64,000 bases of DNA. It comes from Pecten maximus (lineage: Eukaryota). Below are positions 26,380 through 38,100 of the stretch, one piece after another. Both the position numbers and the translations under genes were made by a program. Under the pieces are notes generated by a model. That model was given only the letters and a program-made list of their open reading frames with translations. It was not told the DNA's origin and ran no database searches. Numbering within the stretch: position 1 is the first letter of the stretch; every line of letters starts with the position of its first letter. Location: assembly GCF_902652985.1 (NCBI RefSeq), contig NC_047020.1:11222001-11286000 (forward strand), in the 5' to 3' direction.

Positions 26380-26640
26380 AGGTGTTTTATGATGAGAGTT
26401 AGGTGTATTGTGTGAGAGTTAGGTGTATTGTGTGAGAGTTAGGTGTATTGTGTGAGAGTTAGGTGTATTGTGTGACAGGCATAGTGTTTGACAGTTTATT
26501 GTTTGACAGTTAGGTTATTGTTTGACAGTTAGGTGTATTGTTTGACAGTTAGGTTATTGTTTGACAGTTAGGTGTATTGTTTGACAGTTAGGCTATTGTT
26601 TGACAGTTAGGTGTATTGTTTGACAGTTAGGTGTATTGTG
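26380..26640. repeat. ~20-bp minisatellite
   Basis: GTTAGGTGTATTGTGTGAGA and GTTAGGTGTATTGTTTGACA units. Confidence 0.9.
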
Positions 26641-26643
26641 TAT

Positions 26644-28245
26644 GTGACATGTATTCTCTATAACATGTGACAGCGTTACCTGTATCCTATATAACATGTG
26701 ACTATGTGACATGTATCCTATATAACATGTGACTGTGTGACATGTATCCTATATAACATGTGACCTCGTGACATGTATCCTATATAACATGTGACTGTGT
26801 GACATGTATACTATATAACATGAGACAGTGTGACATGTATCCTATATAACATGTGACTGTGTGACATGTATCCTATATAACATGTGACTGTGTGACATGT
26901 ATCCTATATAACATGTGACTGTGTGACATGTATCCTATATAACATGTGACCTCGTGACATGTATCCTATATAACATGTGACTGTGTGACATGTATCATAT
27001 ATAACATGTGACCGTGTGACATGTATCCTATATAACATGTGACTGTGTGACATGTATCCTATATAACATGTGACTGTGTGACATGTATCCTATATAACAT
27101 GTGACCGCGTTACCTGTATCCTATATAACATGTGACCGCGTTACCTGTATCCTATTTAACATGTGACCGCGTCACATGTATCCTATATAACATGTGACCT
27201 CGTGACCTGTATCCTATATAACATGTGACTGTGTGACATGTATCCTATATAACATGTGACTGTATGATATGTATCCTATATAACATGTGACTGTGTGACA
27301 TGTATCCTATATAACATGTGACTGTGTGACATGTATCCTATATAACATGTGACTGTGTGACATGTATTCTCTATAACATGTGACCGTGTGACATGTATCC
27401 TATATAACATGTGACCTCGTGACATGTATCCTATATAACATGTGACTGTGTGACATGTATTCCCTATAACATGTGACCGTGTGACATGTATCCTATATAA
27501 CATGTGACTGTGTGACATGTATCCTATATAACATGTGACCGTGTGACATGTATGCTCTATAACATGTGACCGCGTGACATGTATCCTATAACATGTGACC
27601 GTGTGACATGTATTCTCTATAACATGTGACCGTGTGACATTTATCCTAGTTAACAGGTGACTGTGTGACATGTATCCTATATAACATGTGACTGTGTGAC
27701 ATGTATCCTATATAACATGTGACCGCGTCACATGTATCCTATATAACATGTGACTGTGTGACATGTATCCTATATAACATGTGACTGTGTGACATGTGTT
27801 CTCTATAACATGTGACCGTGTGACATGTATCCTATATAACATGTGACCTCGTGACATGTATCCTATATAACATGTGACTGTGTGACATGTATTCTCTATA
27901 ACATGTGACCGTGTGACATGTATCCTATATAACATGTGACTGTGTGACATGTATCCTATATAACATGTGACCGTGTGACATGTATACTCTATAACATGTG
28001 ACCGCGTGACATGTATCCTATAACATGTGACCGCGTGACATGTATCCTATAACATGTGACAGTGTGACATGTATCCTATATAACATGTGACTGTGTGACA
28101 TGTATCCTATTTAACATGTGACTGTGTGACATGTATCCTATTTAACATGTGACTGTGTGACATGTATCCTATATAACATGTGACCGTGTGACATGTATCC
28201 TATATAACATGTGACTAGGTGACATGTATCCTATACAATATGTGA
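26644..28245. repeat. 31-bp minisatellite, about 52 copies
   Basis: Unit GTGACATGTATCCTATATAACATGTGACTGT, with 29-30-bp variants. Confidence 0.97.
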
Positions 28246-28442
28246 CTGAGATAGGAATACAATTTGAAATAATAATCAAATAAGACGATGAACGAACTGT
28301 TTTAATACAATCGAAATACGAAATGAAACTAACGTTGCAAGTACTTAGAGCAATAAGGTACATGGACATTTCTGAATCTTTTTAAAGGAAACAGTGGAAG
28401 GATGCAGGGTAAGAAAATTGAAGTTGTAGGTACAGAAATTTA

Positions 28443-31400
28443 GTGAGAGGAATCTCGTATATATACCCCTATCCTCTACCCCTCATCAATAACGTGAGAG
28501 AAGTCTCACATAGATATAACCTACCTAATACCTCTCATCAATAAAGCAAAGTGAGAGAAGTCTCACATAGATATAACCTACCTAATACCTCTCATCAATA
28601 AAGTGAGAGAAGTCTCACATAGATATAACCTACCTTCTACCTCTCATCAATAAAGCAAAGTGAGAGAAGTCTCACATAGATATAACCTACTTAATACCTC
28701 TCATCAATAAAGCAAAGTGAGAGAAGTCTCATATAGATATAACCTACCTAATACTTCTCATCAATAAAGCAAAGTGTGAGAAGTCTCATATAGATATAAC
28801 CTACCTAATACCCCTCATCAATAAAACAAAGTGAGAGAAGTCTCACATAGATATAACCTACCTAATACCCCTCATCAATAAAGCAAAGTGTGAGAAGTCT
28901 CATATAGATATAACCTACCTAATACCCCTCATCAATAAAACAAAGTGAGAGAAGTCTCACATAGATATAACCTACCTAATACCTCTCATCAATAAAACAA
29001 AGTGAGAGAAGTCTCACATAGATATAACCTACCTTAATACCCCTCATCAATAAAGCAAAGTGTGAGAAGTCTCATATAGATATAACCTACCTAATACCTC
29101 TCATCAATAAAGCAAAGTGAGAGAAGTCTCATATAGATATAACCTACCTAATACCTCTCATCAATAAAACAAAGTGAGAGAAGTCTCACATAGATATAAC
29201 CTACTTAATACCTCTCATCAATAAAGCAAAGTGAGAGAAGTCTCACATAGATATAACCTACCTAATACCTCTCATCAATAAAACAAAGTGAGAGAAGTCT
29301 CACATAGATATAACCTACCTAATACCTCTCATCAATAAAACAAAGTGAGAGAAGTCTCACATAGATATAACCTACCTAATACCTCTCATCAATAAAACAA
29401 AGTGAGAGAAGTCTCACATAGATATAACCTACCTAATACCTCTCATCAATAAAACAAAGTGAGAGAAGTCTCACATAGATATAACCTACCTAATACCTCT
29501 CATCAATAAAGCAAAGTGAGAGAAGTCTCACATAGATATAACCTACCTACTACCTCTCATCAATAAAACAAAGTGAGAGAAGTCTCACATAGATATAACC
29601 TACCTAATACCTCTCATCAATAAAGCAAAGTGAGAGAAGTCTCACATAGATATAACCTACCTAATACCTCTCATCAATAAAGCAAAGTGAGAGAAGTCTC
29701 ACATAGATATAACCTTCCTTCTACCTCTCATCAATAAAGCAAAGTGAGAGAAGTCTCGTATAGATATAACCTACCTAATACCTCTCATCAATAAAACAAA
29801 GTGAGAGAAGTCTCACATAGATATAACCTACCTAATACCTCTCATCAATAAAGCAAAGTGAGAGAAGTCTCACATAGATATAACCTACCTAATACCTCTC
29901 ATCAATAAAGCAAAGTGAGAGAAGTCTCACATAGATATAACCTACCTTCTACCTCTCATCAATAAAACAGTGAGAGAAGTCTCACATATATATAACCTAC
30001 CTAATACCCCTCATCAATAAAGCAAAGTGAGAGAAGTCTCACGTAGATATAACCTACCTTCTACCTCCTCATCAATAAAACAAAGTGAGAGAAGTCTCAC
30101 ATAGATATAACCTACCTAATACCTCTCATCAATAAAACAAAGTGAGAGAAGTCTCACATAGATATAACCTACCTAATACCCCTCATCAATAAAACAAAGT
30201 GAGAGAAGTCTCACATAGATATAACCTACCTAATACCTCTCATCAATAAAACAAAGTGAGAGAAGTCTCACATAGATATAACCTACCTAATACCTCTCAT
30301 CAATAAAACAAAGTGAGAGAAGTCTCACATAGATATAACCTACCTTAATACCTCTCATCAATAAAACAAAGTGACAGAAGTCTCACATAGATATAACCTA
30401 CCTAATACCTCTCATCAATAAAACAAAGTGAGAGAAGTCTCACATAGATATAACCTACCTAATACCTCTCATCAATAAAACAAAGTGAGAGAAGTCTCGT
30501 ATATATACCCCTATCCTCTACCCCTCATCAATAAAACAAAGTGAGAGAAGTCTCACATAGATATAACCTACCTAATACCTCTCATCAATTAAACAAAGTG
30601 AGAGAAGTCTCACATAGATATAACCTACCTTCTACCTCTCATCAATAAAGCAAAGTGAGAGAAGTCTCACATAGATATAACCTACCTAATACCTCTCATC
30701 AATAAAACAAAGTGAGAGAAGTCTCACATAGATATAACCTACCTAATACCTCTCATCAATAAAGCAAAGTGAGAGAAGTCTCACATAGATATAACCTACC
30801 TAATACCTCTCATCAATAAAACAAAGTGAGAGAAGTCTCACATAGATATACCCCTATCCTCTACCTCTCATCAATAAAGCAAAGTGAGAGAAGTCTCACA
30901 TAGATATAACCTACCTTCTACCTCTCATCAATAAAACAAAGTGAGAGAAGTCTCACATAGATATAACCTACCTAATACCTCTCATCAATAAAGCAAAGTG
31001 AGAGAAGTCTCACATAGATATAACCTACCTAATACCTCTCATCAATAAAACAAAGTGAGAGAAGTCTCACATAGATATAACCTACCTTCTACCTCTCATC
31101 AATAAAACAAAGTGAGAGAAGTCTCACATAGATATAACCTACCTAATACCTCTCATCAATAAAGCAAAGTGAGAGAAGTCTCACATAGATATAACCTACC
31201 TAATACCTCTCATCAATAAAACAAAGTGAGAGAAGTCTCACATAGATATAACCTACCTCTACCTCTCATCAATAAAGCAAAGTGAGAGAAGTCTCACATA
31301 GATATAACCTACCTAATACCTCTCATCAATAAAACAAAGTGAGAGAAGTCTCACATAGATATAACCTACCTAATACCTCTCATCAATAAACAAAGTGAGA

Positions 31401-31795
31401 GAAGTCTCACATAGATATAACCTACCTAATACCTCTCATCAATAAAGCAAAGTGAGAGAAGTCTCACATAGATATAACCTACCTAATACCTCTCATCAAT
31501 AAAGCAAAGTGAGAGAAGTCTCACATAGATATAACCTACCTAATACCCCTCATCAATAAAACAAAGTGAGAGAAGTCTCACATAGATATAACCTACCTAA
31601 TACCTCTCATCAATAAAGCAAAGTGAGAGAAGTCTCACATAGATATAACCTACCTAATACCTCTCATCAATAAAGCAAAGTGAGAGAAGTCTCACATAGA
31701 TATAACCTACCTAATACCTCTCATCAATAAAACAAAGTGAGAGAAGTCTCACATAGATATAACCTACCTAATACCTCTCATCAATCAAACAAAGA
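28443..31795. repeat. 57-bp satellite, about 59 copies
   Basis: Unit GTGAGAGAAGTCTCACATAGATATAACCTACCTAATACCTCTCATCAATAAA(G/A)CAAA; period measured 29402 to 29459. Confidence 0.98.
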
Positions 31796-31812
31796 AAGAT
31801 GGATGTCACATA

Positions 31813-33059
31813 CACTCAACCAAAATTCTAAGTGGTCACTTTTATATATGGTATATAATATAATTTACTACCTTGCCTTTTCTGAATGTATGGCTCAGTC
31901 AACCGTGATTTTCGCACCCTTTCCTATTATAACTGTGTAATGCACGTGCGCTTGTACCCAGATATCGTTGTATTAAACGTGTCGTCTCTCTGTGTTTCGG
32001 CATTAGAAAAAAAAACCATTTAAGATGGGAAGACTGACCAAGGAAGAAAGGGGGATTGCAGTTGGAATGTTAAAAGCTGCCAGTTCTTCGAGACAGACAA
32101 GTACATACTATGATGAGAAATACATTTCAATTCATATTATTCACATAGTTTAACACGATACATGCTTGATAATTGTTTGGTTGATGTTATAGGTTGCCCG
32201 AATGTTAAACAGTTCACTCTTTACCATCTTGAATTTCTCGAGGAATTACCAACAAACTGGCACAGATATCGACCTTAGACGCCAACAAAGACGAAGAGGT
32301 ACGTCCGCTCTTCAGGAAAGAAATATAAGACAGTCTCATCTCAGATCAACATTAAACTGTAAATGATATGAATTAAATTTCATTTCTCATCATAGCATCA
32401 AGATTTACCGCAGTTGCGCAAACAGCAAGAACAACACGTGGAACACATCGAAGACGAGTTAATACTGTGAGAAACCGAAATTAGATTCACAAAGGTAGAC
32501 TGGGCCAATATTCTTTTTGTTGACAGATTAAAGTCAACCTCCATGCTGCCGATGGCAGCAAAAGAGTGTAAAGAAGGAAAGCTGAGCGGAATACCTTATC
32601 CAGAGGGACAGTTTGGAGGTGGATCAATGATTATTAGGGTATTGCCATGCATACAAAGACTCGTATTCGAGGAAATTGAACGGCGGCTTCGTCTTACAGC
32701 TAGTTGCAGTACTCCATATCAGGGGCAACCGCGAAATGATTCTAACCCATGACAATGCACCTTGTCATGCCGCGAGGGTCGCCCAGCAAATGTTGTACAA
32801 CAACAACATACGATATCTGCAATGACCAGCTCGCGGAAGCCACACGCGGTGCTGATTGAGATTGTAACTTTCACTTTTGTTTGTGAGGGTCTTGTAGCTG
32901 CAATATCTACTTCAATCAGTTGAATACTTTGAAATAATTAAATACTTTTTATGATACGAATAATTAAATTGATGATTTAAAAAAAAATTAAAACAATATG
33001 ATTGTTCATTATCATTTTTATTCAAAACGTTAGTGACAATTTAGAACTTTAGTTACGTG
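31813..33059 (+). mobile_element. Tc1/mariner (Tc1-type) DNA transposon with a decayed, intron-containing transposase
   Basis: Imperfect TIRs CACTCAACCAAAATTCTAAGTGGTCACT and (reverse complement of right end) CACGTAACTAAAGTTCTAAATTGTCACT, flanked by TA. Transposase remnants from ATG 32025: MGRLTKEERGIAVGMLKA, VARML...YQQTG, WANILFVD, FGGGSM, HDNAPCH...LQ*PAR, GSHTRC* (32855). Confidence 0.88.
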
Positions 33060-33387
33060 TAGATAAACCCCTTCCCCTCTACCCTTCATGAATATAAATA
33101 TCTGTTATGTTGTTCATGAATTATATTCTCATTTTCAGCTAGTATTGTTTTAATATAATTGTTACTTTAATCATATACACACCTCAGATGCTGAATTCCT
33201 TAGAAATCCAGGCCTATTGGCACGATGACAGGAATGGTCCAGCGAGAATTTAATGTAAAGGTATGTAGTAGATGTTGTATTGAATGTTGAGTTGAGGAAT
33301 GACTAAGTCGTGGTTTGTAGGTTCTTCTGTTTATACGTGTTGATGAATATGTACCATGTTGTATCCATACAATGTACGGCTAGGAGC

Positions 33388-34252
33388 GGCTGGAACAACG
33401 ACCCGGAAGTGTTTTGGCGTTAAACGTCACTACGAAGTTTATACCTAGACGGAAATAACATAAAACTTATCAACAAAACATCTTTTCCCGAATGATTTCT
33501 GACCTCTTTGGACAAACTTTGTATTACTAATAACCCATTTCCATGCACGGGTGACCTGAAATGGTTCCTAGACTGGATAAAATCTACAAAGCATACAACA
33601 ATCATCAATTATCATCGGAGGTACACATGTAGGTATCATCCAGAGATGAACAATGTGTTGTTGAAGGAATAAAACCCTACTTCGGAGATGTGTTCGAATT
33701 TGGATTACCCACTCGTCAGAAACATCTGTATTGGTATTTTTGTTCCATCAGCTATCATCCTCATTGCTGTATCGATGGCATATAAGTTCCGGTTCCGATT
33801 GAACTACTGGCTGCACATCCTTGGAATAAAGAGAGTCGGCTACAAAAGGATTCGCGACGATGCTGATTATAAATTTGACGCTTTCGTAAATACACTGTAA
33901 TTCAAACGACGACAGATACTTCATTTTCAATCATATGGTCCGAGAACTGGAAAGAAAAGCTGGATGTAGACTGTGCAGACATGAAGTGACTTTGACGTGG
34001 GTAATTTTATTCTAAACAATATCACAAGAAACCTTGAACTAAGCAAGAACATAATTCAATATTATCCCTTGTCTTTCTAAACAGCGAATAGTGTAAATTT
34101 GAACTTGCATTGACACAGTCCAGAACTACACAGTAGGGTCCAGGAGTGCTGCCTGTGATACTGCTGGAAGAATTGGACACATCCATACTTTCGTCCTTTG
34201 TACGGGCGATTCTAGACACGGTCACCCATGTTCAAAATCCTGTTGATGAGTG
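33388..34252 (+). pseudogene. Toll-like receptor pseudogene (last LRRs, LRRCT, TM, TIR; 5' LRRs deleted)
   Basis: Colinear with 41812-42745, with several stops and frameshifts and a deletion of the TIR C-terminal segment (GTCACC|CATGTTCAA). Confidence 0.93.
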
Positions 34253-34557
34253 GAAGTTGAATCCAAAAATATCATATGCTTTCGTGAATCATCCAGCCTG
34301 ATTCATCATTCCGCTAATCTCTTTTAATTTGGGTTTTCGTTAAAATTTGCGTTAGTTAAATCAAGTATATTTACAGTATCCATAGAAAAAGTCTAGTTTT
34401 TCACATTCATATCACAATATTTACCATTGTATGGCACTGCCACTATATAACCTTACCAATTCAGTTGCGAGTTCACCAGCTTATGAACTGCCAAATGAAA
34501 TTGAAAATTAAAAAAAAAAAAATCGCACGACAAATAAAAAATCGCAGATGGTAAATA

Positions 34558-34628
34558 TAAGCATTGAACGGCTTTCAGTTGGCATTCATAGTCAATATGA
34601 ATGCCAACTGAAAGCCGTTTAATGCTTA
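34558..34628. repeat. Palindrome: 33-bp arms, 5-nt loop, 1 mismatch
   Basis: TAAGCATTGAACGGCTTTCAGTTGGCATTCATA-gtcaa-TATGAATGCCAACTGAAAGCCGTTTAATGCTTA. Confidence 0.95.
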
Positions 34629-34922
34629 AATGTACCTTTGTAGTTATTAGGACTACTTGGTCATCGATTAACACCTAGTGCATGTCATACCAAAGTTAAG
34701 TGAAGGTCAGAGAATTAACATTGTTAACTTTAACAACAGAAGAAAAGAGGTTTTATACGAACTCTCTTTTAAACTGGAATTACTTAAACCACACTCTTAG
34801 TATACTTAATATATATATATAACATGTTGCCGATATGTGGAGTCTCTCTTCAAAGTGGTTATAGGATTGTCCGTGTGCAACAAGAAGAAAACAAATATTC
34901 CTGAGTAAGTTCCCGATATATT

Positions 34923-35088
34923 TAAGCATTGAACTGTTACCAAATGGTAGTATACAGTCGATATGAATACAATTTGGGTGACAGATGAATAGAATGTCGC
35001 CCGTTAGGGCGACATGAAATATTTATCTGTCACCAAAATTGTATTCATATCGACTGTATACTACCATTTGGTAACAGTTCAATGCTTA
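34923..35088. mobile_element. Foldback/MITE-like palindromic element (69-bp arms with an internal hairpin)
   Basis: Arms 34923-34991 and 35020-35088 differ at 2 positions; central ATGTCGCCC-gtta-GGGCGACAT; same TAAGCATTGAAC terminus as 34558. Confidence 0.8.
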
Positions 35089-37094
35089 TATTTACATTCA
35101 TAATTTTATTTTATTTACTGTAGCTTAAGACGCGTTTAAATTTGCCGCTTCTCCTATCACTGACGTCATCAAGTTCAAATACCGGAACAGCCGAAATTTC
35201 CAGAAGGAATAATATAGTCCCTCATGTCGTTAACAATAGCAATCACATGAAATGTTTTTTGCACAATTTGGCTTTATATTATATGTTATAAACGTTTTTA
35301 GATATCTTCAAATTGTTCACAATTGCATAATTTCTGATTGTTTAAAAATAAAGCCGTTTTTCGGCGCATGGTATACGGTTAACATTTAGAAGTGATGCGG
35401 CGTTGAATGGGTACTGCACAGGACAGGCTCGATTCCTCGGAAACACTTATGTTTCTATCGACTGAATTTACGTTATTTTCAGAGGAATATCATCTCTTAA
35501 ATTCTAAATGAACGTCGTCTTGACAGTAGGTGAAAACGATTCCAAGGATATTTCATTAGAAACAGAATCCAGTCTAACCGGTCACATCAGTGTCGCTAAC
35601 TTAGCAGACGATGTTCAACTTCACAGGGGCTCGATTTTGGAGTAAGGTAGGCCTTTGACATCAGTGAATAACCACATAACTAGAATTCAGTATGCATACA
35701 CAACCAGAAACCAAGTCGATACTGCCGATTTTTCGCAAGATTTAAAAAAAAAAAAAAAGGCTGGAATGTTGTCGTGTCTAGCATTTCTGACAATTCGACA
35801 ACGAGCCCCTGTGTGACGACAGTGACAATTTGATTACTTCCTATAGATCAGGAATAGAGCTTATAATAATTTTGTGTCGAGTCGGTCGACTTCATTTTTT
35901 CTATTATTAACTTTTACTCTCATAACTTGCGTTGCTTTTTTTTGTGGTGGTTTACGTAGATCAATGCTAGCATTCGAAATCTCTCCTGGCCGAATGTAAC
36001 TGGGGACCATTGTTTTGACCAGCAACACCTGGGGCTGTATCCCTACTCTGACCGAATCACTGTAAATTGTAGTATACACTCTGATGAATACAATTTGGTT
36101 TACTAACGACATATAGGCAAATGCAACACAGAATGTAAATATATATATGTGTGTGTCTATAGGTGACTATAAACCCAGTAGCACGCTTTTATGGAATATG
36201 ATCCTATTTTATATATGACTGTATCCTATTCACAGACTAAAACGATCTTTGAATATGTTTAGAATCAATGTTCGTAAATTGTAACCTACACATGAAAGTT
36301 TTTATACAATATGACTTCTGAAGGGCCGAATTTCAATGGTGCACGAATGTTAGTGAATGGGACTTTCAATAAAAAACTCATTCTGTGTTCAGAAAAAACT
36401 ATTAATTTCTATTAGGGGTGTTGGGTTTGGTACATCTGACAGGTTTCGCTAACATTACAATGTAACATATTGTACAAGGTGTCTTTTCGATCGATTGTAG
36501 ATTGTTAATGTTTCCGCGAAATTCTTATTTCACATCAATATAGATATGATAATACCTGTAAATATACCTCACTTATTATCAAACATGGCGTATTAAGTTG
36601 ATTTTAAAGAGATTATTGTATATTCTTATCGAAAAAACTGTCCGACTCCTGTGTTTATTTTATAGATATTATAAGACATCTCACTGAGGTTTTATCTTCA
36701 GGTACAAAACAACTACAACACATGTACAACGAACAGTAAGAGGTTTAACACTGCCGTATGGACAGCTTTTGAGAGAATATGACATCTTTATATAAACGTG
36801 ACGCGTTTTACTAACAACATTACGGCCGCGTAAAGAAAGTTCATGTCATGTTTTTACATGCTTAACATAGATCTTTGAATGAATATTTCGGACCGTTGGC
36901 TTACCCACATTATCGAGATACTACCTCTTCGCTAACAAGCGCTTTAATGACTGAATTCAACTGTCATACTCGAGATGTAATAACTTCAGAACAATGTTTC
37001 GTTCAAGCACAGTTCCACACGAAGTTCACTCTGAGGTTCAAATGACCTAGATTAAATAAAGGGAATGTAAATGTGTAACTGACGACAGGTTCAA

Positions 37095-37630
37095 AGGTAT
37101 TAACGTGAATAAATCAATACTCTACAATCACAAAGGTAAAGACGTCAATAAATCAATAATCTAAAATCACAAGGTAAAGACGTGAATAAATCAATAATTT
37201 ACAATCACAAGGTAAAGACGTGAATAAATCAATAATGTACAATCACAAGGTAAAGACGTCAATAAATCAATAATCTACAATCACAAGGTAAAGACGTGAA
37301 TAAATCAATAATTTACAATCACAAGGTAAAGACGTCAATAAACCAATAATGTACAATCACAAGGTAAAGACGTCAATAAATCAATAATCTACAATCACAA
37401 GGTAAAAACGTCAATAAATAAATACTCTACAATCACAAAGGTAAAGACGTCAATAAATCAATAATTTGCAATCACAAGGAAAAGACGTCAATAAATAAAT
37501 AATCTACAATCACAAGGTAAAGACGTCAATAAATCAATACTCTACAATCACAAAGGTAAAGACGTGAATAAATCAAAAATTTACAATCACAAGGTAAACA
37601 CGTCAATAAATCAATAATCTACAAACACAA
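37095..37630. repeat. 38-bp minisatellite, about 14 copies
   Basis: Unit GGTAAAGACGTCAATAAATCAATAATCTACAATCACAA with a GACGTG variant. Confidence 0.95.
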
Positions 37631-37965
37631 TTCAATCATTTCAATCAAATGACGATATAAATCATACAATTCGAGATTTATTAAAAGAAGTAGAAAAGTA
37701 GATAGTTTGTTTATGTGTATAGCTAGGTATCTATTTGTTTCTGAAGTTATTTGAAACTTCTTCAACAGGTCTTGACCAAATACAATGGCAACTTGAAATT
37801 GACAAAAACAGGTGACCTGTACAGTGCATTAATCTATAACAGGTAACTTTTGTAAGGTCACAGGACACGGGTGAACGAGCATTATCAATCATTAACCTGT
37901 AAACGAGAACAAAATAGCTATGGCTGTGTAAGATATTTACAAATAAACATTTAAAAAAAGATACG

Positions 37966-38100
37966 CCAGGAAGTATGGAGTGATGTAAAAAAAGTTATGA
38001 TGCTTGCATACCAGGAAGAAAAGCATATAAACATTTGAATAGACACATCGTCGACCTGCACGGGATATCCCTCTTCCTTCTGGTTCAAGACGAAGCAGGT
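37966..38100 (+). promoter_or_regulatory. Putative promoter and non-coding first exon of the + strand TLR (ETS, TATA, NF-kB site, splice donor)
   Basis: CCAGGAAGT at 37966, TATAAA at 38026, GGGATATCCC at 38062-38071 (fits GGGRNWYYCC), and CAG|GTAAGT at 38098. This pairs with the acceptor ttgcag| at 40587, just ahead of the TLR ATG. Confidence 0.55.

Noticed and set aside
26644-28245. p53 response-element array (CATG cores)
   Set aside because: Flanks do not fit RRRCWWGYYY well and the cores are 15-16 bp apart rather than 10.
27276-28369. His-rich ORFs
   Set aside because: Translations of the 31-bp minisatellite.
28443-31795. Hairpin-containing regular repeat resembling a CRISPR array
   Set aside because: Units are head-to-tail with no unique spacers, there are no cas genes, and the context is eukaryotic. 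The same applies to the other arrays.
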